A stretch of DNA of 12,386 nucleotides from Gemmatimonadota bacterium (GCA_046758745.1 JBHIAV010000067.1:1-12386); one strand, 5' to 3'. Positions 1 to 7,252 are shown, counted from the stretch's first letter. Notes: generated by a model not told the origin, from the letters alone. Numbers and translations: made by a program.

Positions 1-14
1 CGCCGGTGACGCAT
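1..14 (-). CDS. Probable 5' end of an unidentified gene running off the left edge (M-R-H-R...)
   Basis: Minus strand reads GGAGG (28-24), a 9-nt spacer, then ATG CGT CAC CGG at 14-3. Only 4 codons are visible, so no product can be assigned. Confidence 0.4.
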
Positions 15-204
15 ACGCTCCAACCTCCCGTTGGGTTCCGGCTTCGCTGCCCAAAACGGCGCGACCTCAGCCGGACCCGCCCGCGCAGACGCGAGGGGTC
101 GCGGTGGCGTGCATCGCGCATTCAGCGGGGTGCCGGGAACAGCCTCGCTCGACTACTACCGCCCGACTTCGCGAATGTGCCATCCGTATCCCTGGCGCTG
201 GGAT

Positions 205-396
205 GCGAGCTGTTCGCCGGCCTGCGCCCACGGCGCGCGAGCTGTTCCGCCGCCCGCGACCACGGCGCGCGAGCTGTTCGCCGGCCTGCTACCACGGCGC
301 GCGAGGTCTCGGCTGGCGCCCACGGCCGCGGGCCGAGTTGCTCGAAATCGTCCGGCACCGCGGGCCGACTTATTCGAAATCGCCCGGCACCGCCTC
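205..396. repeat. Degenerate tandem repeat, 32-bp period, about 6 units, overlapping the thyX 3' end
   Basis: Units start at 205, 237, 269 (gcgagctgttc...ccacggcgc x3), 301 (hybrid), 333 and 365 (ccga[g/c]tt[gc/at]tcgaaatcg[t/c]ccggcaccgc). 326-357 and 358-389 match at 28/32 positions. Confidence 0.85.
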
Positions 397-2499
397 GCGC
401 ATACGGGCCTCGAACTCCTCGGGCGGGCGCATCTGACCCAGATCGAGGTCGAAATCGGGGCGCTCGGCCGGCTGGAGCTTGGCGAGCAGCTCCCGTACCT
501 CGCGGCCGGAGAGCCCGAAGGCGGCGAGGCGCTCGGCGGAGAGCGCCTCGGCCCCGACGCGAGGCCGCAATCCGCCCTCCGCCACCTCGAGCAGGTGACG
601 GAGCACCTCCACCTCGGCGTGGCTCAGGTGCGTCCCGGCCACCTCGTAGTCCAGCCACGCCTCGTAGCTGAGGGGAGCCACCCGCTTCAGGATGCCCGCG
701 ATCACCCGACCGTACTCCCGGATCTCCCACTGGGCGTGCGGGTCGACGCGAAGGGTGAGGAAATGGAAGAGGTTGTGAAGGTCGATCTTCCAGTACCATT
801 GGGTATAGGTCGAGAGCGGAAGATCGATGCGGGCGAGCTCACGCGCGACATCCTGGCCCACCAGCCAGCCGTACGTCTCCGACGCCTGCCCGCGGGTCGT
901 CTCCCACCTCTCGATCGCCCGCACGTACGTCTCCCTGGACGCCGCCGCCTCCCGCCCCTGGCGGCTCGCGGTGCTCTGTAGGGCGAAGTTCTCGAATTCA
1001 GGCTTGTAGAAGAGGAGGGGCATCAGGCTGTACCGCCCGCTGTACTCGTTTACTGAATTGTGAGTGACGATTCCGTTAGCGATCAAGTTGTGGAACGGAC
1101 CCTCCACCTCGAGGTCGTAGGTCTCTTTGTGCCCCACGAACTCGAACCTCTCGATCCGTACCAGCTTGGCCCGCGTGAGCTTGTTCCGGGGAACTGCGGG
1201 CCTCTTAACCCACTCGGCTCTCACTGGCCGTCCGCCCAATCGTTCGACGAACACTAGCTCCCGGCCCTGGATTCTCCGGTGACACGGCCCGCAGAGCGTC
1301 GTCAGGTTGGACTCCGCGCCAGCAAGACTCGCGTCCGCCCATACCGGCACGACATGATGGCAGTGCAGCTCGGTGGCCCGCCTATGGCAGAGCTGGCATG
1401 TCCAGTCGTTTCTCCGGTGGATCTTGAGCGCGATCTGCGTGGTCCACCGGCCGATCGAGTCTCGCCTGTCGCTGATCCCCCCCTTCCAGAAGTTGGAAGC
1501 GCTTCCACTCCGCGCCCTGCGGTTCGCTGCACGCCATTCGGCGCTCAGCTCCCGCGGACCGAGAACGTACGTCGTCCCCTTGTTCCACGGCGTGTGTCCG
1601 GGCCGGAATCTCCCCCGATCGTTCCGGCCCTGGAGGGTGTGTCTCCGAATCCACTTGCGGATGGTGTGCTCAGTGCAACCGCATTCCTCCGCGATCTCCG
1701 CGGCGGTGCGCCCCAGCGCGTTGTACTGCGTGTCGAGCCATTCGCGATCGCGATAACGACTCGGAAGCTCCACCTCAACGCCGTTCACGTACAGGTAGTT
1801 CTCCCCAGAGCGCCAGACCGCTCTCCCACCTTTCTCGCACAGGCCCGTCGCCGCCCTGAGCGTCTTCCATCCGTCGGCGAACAGAAACCGGTGATCCGCC
1901 GTCGCCTCGATTCGCTTGCCATCGCTCAAGATCATGCGGAAGACGGGCTTCGGCCCGTTGCGATAGACGTCGACCACACGGGTGTGCCGGATGGCGAGGG
2001 TGTCCTCGTTCACCTGCCGGAGCCGCATCCTCCGGACGCGATCTCGACGGAAGAAAGGATTCCGCTGCTTGTCCGGTCGATGTCGATTCCGCGTTGGCTG
2101 GAAGCGCTTCCAGATGTCCTCGATCTTGAGCTTGTAGAGCTGGTTTCCGCGCCGCTTGATCCCGCCTGGAAGGTCGAAGTACACCTCGGCACCCTCGGCG
2201 AGACAGGCCGTGCGATGCCGGATCCACTGCCGCGCGACGAAGATCGGCATCGCGCAGTGGAGCTTGATCTCGACCATCTCGCTCGGGGTGGTGTGCCGGT
2301 GTCGTCGCAGGTAGCGGATGAGCCCGCGCGTCTGGCTGCGCGGACGGGTCCCGTACCCGTAGCTGACACGGGCCGCTCGCTCGATGCTCTCATCCGAGCC
2401 CATGTAGTCGACGAGCGCCACGAAGCCGTGGTCGAGCACCGGAAAGTAGCCGCCGAGAATCTCCTCAGCGGCGGGGATCGTCGGCCTCCTGGTCTCCAT
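370..2499 (-). CDS. thyX: Flavin-dependent thymidylate synthase ThyX precursor (709 aa; about 326 aa after intein excision)
   Basis: ThyX motifs VLDHGFVALVDYMG, AARVSYG, LIRYL..H.HTTP.E, PIFVARQWIRHRTA|SVNEYSGRYS (RHRx7S restored after splicing), ARELARIDLPLSTYTQWYWKIDLHNLFHFLTLR...HAQWEIREY. Start placed at ATG 2499 (METRRPT...); the ORF extension to 3498 is antisense to the ABC lipoprotein gene and is not credible. Confidence 0.95.
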   Translation of the reverse strand: METRRPTIPAAEEILGGYFPVLDHGFVALVDYMGSDESIERAARVSYGYGTRPRSQTRGLIRYLRRHRHTTPSEMVEIKLHCAMPIFVARQWIRHRTACLAEGAEVYFDLPGGIKRRGNQLYKLKIEDIWKRFQPTRNRHRPDKQRNPFFRRDRVRRMRLRQVNEDTLAIRHTRVVDVYRNGPKPVFRMILSDGKRIEATADHRFLFADGWKTLRAATGLCEKGGRAVWRSGENYLYVNGVEVELPSRYRDREWLDTQYNALGRTAAEIAEECGCTEHTIRKWIRRHTLQGRNDRGRFRPGHTPWNKGTTYVLGPRELSAEWRAANRRARSGSASNFWKGGISDRRDSIGRWTTQIALKIHRRNDWTCQLCHRRATELHCHHVVPVWADASLAGAESNLTTLCGPCHRRIQGRELVFVERLGGRPVRAEWVKRPAVPRNKLTRAKLVRIERFEFVGHKETYDLEVEGPFHNLIANGIVTHNSVNEYSGRYSLMPLLFYKPEFENFALQSTASRQGREAAASRETYVRAIERWETTRGQASETYGWLVGQDVARELARIDLPLSTYTQWYWKIDLHNLFHFLTLRVDPHAQWEIREYGRVIAGILKRVAPLSYEAWLDYEVAGTHLSHAEVEVLRHLLEVAEGGLRPRVGAEALSAERLAAFGLSGREVRELLAKLQPAERPDFDLDLGQMRPPEEFEARMREAVPGDFE
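1264..1416 (-). other. Zn-finger HNH endonuclease domain within the intein
   Basis: RRNDWTCQLCHRRATELHCHHVVPVWADASLAGAESNLTTLCGPCHRRIQG matches CxxC...HH..P...NL..LCxxCH of the McrA/HNH family. Confidence 0.9.
1633..1749 (-). other. Helix-turn-helix DNA-binding segment within the intein
   Basis: DREWLDTQYNALGRTAAEIAEECGCTEHTIRKWIRRHTL fits the HTH pattern 'EIA..G.s..TI.kW'. Confidence 0.75.
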
Positions 2500-2538
2500 C
2501 GCCGTTTCGATGAGGGTTTGTAGAGCGTTGACGGCGAG

Positions 2539-2567
2539 AGAATAGGACAGGCATCCGGGCCACGCCA
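2539..2567 (-). promoter_or_regulatory. Possible sigma70-type promoter for thyX
   Basis: Minus strand TGGCGT (2567-2562) -N17- TATTCT (2544-2539), about 40 nt upstream of the ATG at 2499. The -35 match is weak. Confidence 0.25.
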
Positions 2568-2691
2568 GCGGAGTGCCATCGCGCGTGCGCGCCCGCGGAC
2601 GCGCGAGCCGCGCCTCCGGGGTGGCCCTTCCGGAGCGCCAAGAGCGGCGCGGGGGGCTCCTCCGGGATTGCTGGTGCCCGATGGCGGTGCG

Positions 2692-2700
2692 TGTTACCCT
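2692..2700 (+). promoter_or_regulatory. Possible extended -10 promoter for the ABC operon
   Basis: TGtTACCCT fits TGnTAnnnT, about 65 nt upstream of the proposed TTG start at 2765. Confidence 0.3.
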
Positions 2701-2764
2701 CTTGGCCACGCCCGGAGCGCGCTCGGCGTCCGGGTCTCCGCTGAACACCGGCGGCGGAGGGCGC

Positions 2765-4099
2765 TTGACGGCGATCCCGCGAGTCACGATCCACCTGCGC
2801 TCATCGGCCCGCACCGGCCTGGCGGTCTGGGCACCCATCCTCATCGCCATCGGGCTCTCCGGATGCGGAGCCGCTCCCTCGCCCGGCGAAGCGGTGATCA
2901 CCTTCCCGGGGAGCGCGGTCGGCGCCGAAGCGGAGGTGCTCAGGCGACAGCTCGCGCGCTTCTCGAAGGAGCAACCGGGCATCCGGGTCGTGCAGCGCGC
3001 GACACCGGACGCCGCGGACCAGCGGCACCAGCTGTACGTGCAGTGGCTGAACGCCGGGGCGAGCGACCCCGACATCCTGCAGCTCGATGTGATCTGGACG
3101 CCGGAGTTCGCCGCGGCCGGCTGGATCCTCCCTCTCGACCGCTTCGGTCCCGAGGTGGAGAGCTTCTTCCCACCCACCATCGAGGCCAACCGGTGGGGGG
3201 ACGGAAAGCTGTACGCTCTCCCGTGGTTCGTGGATGTCGGCATGCTGTACTGGCGGACCGACCTCATGGACGCACCGCCCGTCACATTCGAAGAGCTCTC
3301 GCGAAAAGCGGCCCGTGCCCGGCGCGAGCACGGCCTGCCGTACGGCGTCCTCTGGCAGGGAGCGCGGTACGAGGGGCTGGTCACGGTCTTCCTCGAGGTC
3401 GCGGGCGGCTTCGGCGGCTCCATCATGGATCCCGAAGGCAGGGTGACGGTGGACTCGGAGGCGGCGGTGCGGGCGCTCCGCTTCATGCGGGACGCCATCT
3501 ACCGGGATGAAGTCGTGCCCCGGACGACTCTCACGTGGCAGGAGGAGCAGACGCGGTTCGGATTCCAGAACGGTCAGGCCGCGTTCATGCGCAACTGGCC
3601 GTACGCATACGCCCTCATGCAGGACAGCGCCAAGTCACGCGTGGCGGGCCGCTTCGCCGTCGCGCCCATGCCCGCGGCGCCGGGCGGCCGAGCGACGGCG
3701 GCGCTCGGCGGGTCGCAGCTCGCGATCAACGCGAACACGGAGCACCCCGAGGCGGCGTGGCTGCTGATCGAGTACCTGACCCGCCCGGAGCAGATGCTCG
3801 AGCGCGCGCGGGTGGCCGGACAGTATCCGACGCGTCCCGCGCTGTATGACCGGCCGGCCCTCGCAGAGGCCCTCCCCATTTCCCCGGCGCAGGCCCGAGC
3901 GATCGTCGAGCGCGCGACTCCGCGGCCGGTGACGCCGGTGTACACGCAGCTCTCGGAGATCCTTCAAATCCGGCTGCACCGAGCGCTCACCGGCCAGCAG
4001 GAACCGGACGAGGCGCTCCGTGAGGCCGCGCGCGAAATGCGAGAGCTACTGGCAAAGGTCGGACTGATGGAGCGTGAGCGGATCGGCCAGACCGGCTAG
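2765..4099 (+). CDS. Sugar ABC transporter substrate-binding lipoprotein, trehalose/maltose-binding (TMBP/MalE/LpqY-like), about 444 aa
   Basis: In-frame TTG at 2765 with GGAGG at 2756-2760; hydrophobic signal and lipobox LSG-C (Cys 2864-2866); motifs LDVIWTPEFAAAGW, LYALPWFVDVGMLYWRTDL, WQGARYEGLV, FMRNWPYAY, ALGGSQLAIN, PRPVTPVY typical of CUT1 trehalose/maltose binders. The start could instead be ATG 2681. Confidence 0.88.
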   Translation: MTAIPRVTIHLRSSARTGLAVWAPILIAIGLSGCGAAPSPGEAVITFPGSAVGAEAEVLRRQLARFSKEQPGIRVVQRATPDAADQRHQLYVQWLNAGASDPDILQLDVIWTPEFAAAGWILPLDRFGPEVESFFPPTIEANRWGDGKLYALPWFVDVGMLYWRTDLMDAPPVTFEELSRKAARARREHGLPYGVLWQGARYEGLVTVFLEVAGGFGGSIMDPEGRVTVDSEAAVRALRFMRDAIYRDEVVPRTTLTWQEEQTRFGFQNGQAAFMRNWPYAYALMQDSAKSRVAGRFAVAPMPAAPGGRATAALGGSQLAINANTEHPEAAWLLIEYLTRPEQMLERARVAGQYPTRPALYDRPALAEALPISPAQARAIVERATPRPVTPVYTQLSEILQIRLHRALTGQQEPDEALREAAREMRELLAKVGLMERERIGQTG

Positions 4100-5003
4100 C
4101 GGGCCGGCGGGGATGGAGGTCCGCGAGGCGAGGCTGGCGTGGGCGTTCGTCCTCCCGGCCCTCGGAACCATCCTGCTGATCGCCCTCTTCCCCCTGCTGT
4201 GGACTGTCTGGGAATCGCTCCACGTCCACGATCTGCGCATGCCATGGCGCGGTCGCCCCCTCATCGGGCTCGGCAACTACGTCGAGGCTCTCGGAGACGC
4301 CCGCTTCTGGGGGGCTCTGTGGCACACCCTCGTCTTCACTCTCTTCAGCGTGGGGCTCGAGCTGGTGATCGGTCTCGTGCTGGCACTCGCCCTCAATCGG
4401 GCATATCGCGGCCGCGGACTGGTGCGCGCGGCCGTCCTCGTGCCGTGGGCCATCCCGACCGTGGTGGCCGCCCTCCTGTGGCGCTTCATGTTCGAGAGTG
4501 AGGCGGGGATCGTGAACGCGGTCCTCCGCGGCGCCGGCCTGATGGATCAACCTTTCGTGTGGTTCATCCACTACGCGGCGGCATGGGTGCCGGTCATCCT
4601 CGCCGACGTGTGGAAGATGACGCCGTTCGTGGCGCTTCTGCTCCTGGCGGGGCTGCAGAACATCGACGCCTCTCTGTACGAGGCGGCCCGCATCGACGGG
4701 GCGACGGCGTGGCAGCAGTTCCGGCACGTCACCCTCCCGCTGCTCAAGCCGGCGATCCTGGTGGCGCTCATCTTCCGGACGCTCGACGCGTTCCGCGTGT
4801 TCGATCTCATCTACGTCCTGACGGGAGGAGGTCCGGGAACGTCGACGGAGCCGATCGCCCTCTACACCTTCAACGCGCTCCTGCAGAACCTCCGTTTCGG
4901 TTACGGCTCCGCGCTTTCGGTCATCGTATTCCTCGTCACCTTCGGGCTCGCCATGCTGTACATTCGGCTGCTGGGCGCCGATCTCCTGGGGGCGAGGCGA
5001 TGA
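4074..5003 (+). CDS. Sugar ABC transporter permease (MalF/UgpA-like)
   Basis: Multiple TM segments; GLGNY; PWAIP; EAA loop LYEAARIDGATAWQQFRHVTLPLLKP; FDLIYVLTGGGPG. The start may be GTG 4074 or ATG 4113. Confidence 0.93.
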   Translation: MSGSARPASGPAGMEVREARLAWAFVLPALGTILLIALFPLLWTVWESLHVHDLRMPWRGRPLIGLGNYVEALGDARFWGALWHTLVFTLFSVGLELVIGLVLALALNRAYRGRGLVRAAVLVPWAIPTVVAALLWRFMFESEAGIVNAVLRGAGLMDQPFVWFIHYAAAWVPVILADVWKMTPFVALLLLAGLQNIDASLYEAARIDGATAWQQFRHVTLPLLKPAILVALIFRTLDAFRVFDLIYVLTGGGPGTSTEPIALYTFNALLQNLRFGYGSALSVIVFLVTFGLAMLYIRLLGADLLGARR

Positions 5004-5052
5004 AAGGGACGCATGGGCCCGCCATTGACGACAGCCCCCGGCGGGAGGATCG

Positions 5053-5874
5053 GTGAGCGGCTGGCGGAAGTGGGGTCCGGTCGCGGTGGTTGTCCTCCTC
5101 GTCGCGGGGACGGCGTTCCCCTTCTACTGGGCCATCGTCTCCTCCCTCACGCCGGAGGCAAGGCTGTTCGAGAACCCCTCGCTGTGGCCCGGCGACCTGG
5201 TGTTGGATCACTACCGCGCTCTGTTCGACGAGCGGAACTTCTGGGTACCCATCCGCAACTCCCTCGTCGTGGCGGGAACCACGACCGCGTTCTGCGTCGC
5301 GGTCGGCGCCCTGTGCGCGTACGCGCTCGCCCGGCTACACTTCCGTTGGAAAGGACCGGTCCTCGGCTTCATCCTCGCGGTAACGATGTTCCCCCAGATC
5401 TCGGTCGTCTCGCCCCTCTATCTCGTGCTGCGCGAGCTCCGACTCATCAACAGCTATCCGGGACTCATCCTCCCGTACCTCACCTTCGCCATGCCGCTCA
5501 CCGTGTGGCTGCTGGTCGGCTTCTTCCGACAGCTCCCGGCCGAGCTCGAGGAGGCCGCCATGGTGGATGGGGCGAGTCGCCTGCGCGCGTTCCGTGAGAT
5601 CATCCTGCCCCTGGCCCTTCCGGGGCTGGCGACCACCGCGATCCTCACCTTCGTGTACAGCTGGAACGAGTTCCTCTTCGCCCTCTCGTTCACCCTGGGA
5701 CCTGAGCGGCAAACCGTTCCGGTGGCGATTGCCCTCTTCCGCGGCCAGTATCAGGTACCGTGGGGACAGATTCTGGCGGCGGCCGTGGTGGCCACGGCTC
5801 CGGTAGCACTCCTCGTTCTCGCCTTCCAGCGGCGGATCGTACAGGGGCTCACGGCGGGTGCGGTGAAGGGATGA
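5053..5874 (+). CDS. Sugar ABC transporter permease (MalG/UgpE-like)
   Basis: GTG preceded by GGAGG (5044-5048); PFYWAIVSSL, NSLVVA, AYALARL, EAA loop ELEEAAMVDGAS, WNEFLFA, C-terminal GLTAGAVKG. Confidence 0.93.
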   Translation: MSGWRKWGPVAVVVLLVAGTAFPFYWAIVSSLTPEARLFENPSLWPGDLVLDHYRALFDERNFWVPIRNSLVVAGTTTAFCVAVGALCAYALARLHFRWKGPVLGFILAVTMFPQISVVSPLYLVLRELRLINSYPGLILPYLTFAMPLTVWLLVGFFRQLPAELEEAAMVDGASRLRAFREIILPLALPGLATTAILTFVYSWNEFLFALSFTLGPERQTVPVAIALFRGQYQVPWGQILAAAVVATAPVALLVLAFQRRIVQGLTAGAVKG

Positions 5875-5911
5875 GCGGCGCCGCGGGCGATTCGGGAAGG
5901 TGTCGGCGCCG

Positions 5912-6058
5912 CCGTGCGGGGGCGCGTGCGCGGTCGGCCCGTGCGGGGGCGCGCGTGCGGTCGGCCCGTGCGGGGGCGCGTGCGGGGCCTCGGCCGGCGC
6001 GTGCGGGGCCTCGGCCGGCGTGTGCGGGGCCTCGGCCGGCGTGTGCGCGGGCTCGGCC
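5912..6058. repeat. Compound tandem repeat: about 2.7 x 27 bp followed by about 3.7 x 21 bp
   Basis: 27-mers ccgtgcgggggcgcg(tgc/cgt)gcggtcggc at 5912 and 5939, partial at 5966; 21-mers gtgcggggcctcggccggcg[c/t] at 5980, 6001, 6022 and degenerate at 6043. Confidence 0.9.
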
Positions 6059-6083
6059 ACAAATCGTGTACTAGGAAGGTCGC

Positions 6084-7175
6084 ATGGCTTCCATACGCTT
6101 CGAGGACGTTCACAAGACCTACCCGAACGGGCACATCGCCGCCCGGGGGTTGGAGCTGGAGATCGCCGAAGCCGAGCTCATGGTGCTCGTCGGCCCCTCC
6201 GGGTGCGGCAAGAGCACGGCCATGCGCATGGTCGCCGGGCTCGAGACGCCGACCTCCGGCCGAATCTTCATCGGCGAGCGCGATGTCACGGCCGTCCCGC
6301 CCCAGGAGCGCGACGTGGCGATGGTGTTTCAGAGCTACGCGCTCTACCCTCACATGAGCGTGCGCGACAACCTGGCGTTCGGCCTCCGGATGCGCCGGGC
6401 GGGCCGGGGCATGATCGACGAGCGGGTGGTGTTCGCCGCCAAGGTCCTGGGCCTCGAGCGGCTACTCGATCGCAAGCCGGGACAGCTCTCCGGTGGACAG
6501 CGGCAGCGCGTGGCGCTCGGCCGGGCGATCGTGCGCGAGCCCGCCGCCTTCCTGTTCGATGAGCCCCTCTCCAACCTCGACGCCAAGCTCCGGGTCCAGA
6601 CACGGGCGGAGCTGAGCCGCCTGCACCGGCGGCTCGGCGCCACCATGCTGTACGTGACGCATGATCAAGAGGAGGCGATGACGCTCGGGAGCCGGGTGGC
6701 CGTGATGTTCGAGGGAGTCTTCCAGCAGGTCGCCCCGCCCATGGAGGTGTACCGCCGGCCCGCCAACGTCTTCGTGGCCGGGTTCGTGGGCTCCCCCGCC
6801 ATGAACTTCTTCTCCTGCGAGCTGCGTGAGGAAGGGGGAGCGAAGCGGCTGATCGGGGGCTCCCTCGTCCTGCCGCTCGGGCCCGCGGAGTGGCAGAGGT
6901 CGGCCGGCCGGGAGGTCACCCTGGGCGTGCGGCCGCACGACATCACCTTCGTGCCGCCGGGCGAAGGGGACATGCAGGCGCGGGTGGACGTTGTGGAGCC
7001 GCTCGGGAGCGAGCTCCTCGTCCACCTCCAGCTCGGCGCAGACCGCAGCGGGCCGCAGGTGCGCGCCGTCGTCCCGCCGGAGACGAAGGCGGTGGTGGAC
7101 GACGTGGTGGGGCTCCGCTTCCACCGCGAGCGGCTTCATCTCTTCGACGCCGAGTCGGAGAAGCGGCTGAACTAA
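6084..7175 (+). CDS. Sugar ABC transporter ATP-binding subunit (MalK/UgpC/MsiK family), 363 aa
   Basis: SD AGGAAGG at 6073-6079; Walker A GPSGCGKS, Q-loop MVFQSYALYPHM, signature LSGGQRQR, Walker B FLFDEPLSNLDAKLR, H-loop YVTHDQ, GFVGSPAMN, C-terminal TOBE-like region (GVRP...VVEPLG...LHLFD). Confidence 0.96.
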   Translation: MASIRFEDVHKTYPNGHIAARGLELEIAEAELMVLVGPSGCGKSTAMRMVAGLETPTSGRIFIGERDVTAVPPQERDVAMVFQSYALYPHMSVRDNLAFGLRMRRAGRGMIDERVVFAAKVLGLERLLDRKPGQLSGGQRQRVALGRAIVREPAAFLFDEPLSNLDAKLRVQTRAELSRLHRRLGATMLYVTHDQEEAMTLGSRVAVMFEGVFQQVAPPMEVYRRPANVFVAGFVGSPAMNFFSCELREEGGAKRLIGGSLVLPLGPAEWQRSAGREVTLGVRPHDITFVPPGEGDMQARVDVVEPLGSELLVHLQLGADRSGPQVRAVVPPETKAVVDDVVGLRFHRERLHLFDAESEKRLN

Positions 7176-7208
7176 AAGAGTTCGCCGGGCCCGAGGGCCC
7201 GGCGACTC
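7173..7208 (-). terminator. Intrinsic terminator between the convergent ATPase and TBDR genes
   Basis: Perfect 10-bp stem tcgccgggcc (7182-7191) / ggcccggcga (7196-7205) with a 4-nt loop; followed by ACTCTTTTAGTT on the minus strand. Possibly bidirectional. Confidence 0.7.
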
Positions 7209-7223
7209 ACTTCCCATGATCGA

Positions 7224-7252
7224 GCCGACGCGCCGCCGCGGGCCGCGTCGGC
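7224..7252. repeat. Second GC-rich inverted repeat just downstream of the TBDR stop
   Basis: gccgacgcg (7224-7232) / cgcgtcggc (7244-7252), 11-nt loop, no U-tract. Confidence 0.5.

Larger units (their letters stand above)
1057..2205 (-). mobile_element. Class-1 intein (383 aa) with HNH homing endonuclease, inserted in thyX
   Basis: Block A begins with Cys1 (CLAEGAEVYFD, TGT at 2205-2203); block B TxxH (GKRIEATADHRFL); block F (ETYDLEVEGPFHNLIANG); block G ends His-Asn (IVTHN, AAT at 1059-1057), followed by Ser+1 (TCA 1056-1054). 1149 nt, in frame, no stops. Confidence 0.95.

Noticed and set aside
205-396. CRISPR array interpretation of the 32-bp repeats (also considered for 5912-6058)
   Set aside because: Units are contiguous with no unique spacers, and no cas genes are present.
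31-2523. Plus-strand ORFs 6-671, 31-981 and 1279-2523
   Set aside because: Antisense shadows of thyX and its intein, with no domain signatures.
2564-2578. Sigma54-like TGGCACTCCGCTGGC upstream of thyX on the minus strand
   Set aside because: GG-N10-GC spacing is right but the -12 is TGGC rather than TTGC; such matches are common at this GC content.
2614-2706. Inverted repeats (ctccgg/ccggag, gccaagag/ctcttggc) suggesting a riboswitch between thyX and the ABC operon
   Set aside because: No match by eye to SAM, THF, ZTP or other aptamer consensus; short GC stems are expected by chance. An Rfam scan would settle it.
2500-3498. 333-aa N-terminal extension of the ThyX ORF (1042 aa in the track)
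   Set aside because: Antisense to the ABC lipoprotein gene and the intergenic region; Ser/Arg/Pro-rich nonsense. ThyX similarity begins only near Met at 2499.
5335-6562. Repeat-containing ORFs 5335-6060 (-), 5751-6353 (-), 5900-6562 (+) and 5914-6357 (+)
   Set aside because: Alternative-frame translations of the tandem repeat that overlap the real permease or ATPase genes.
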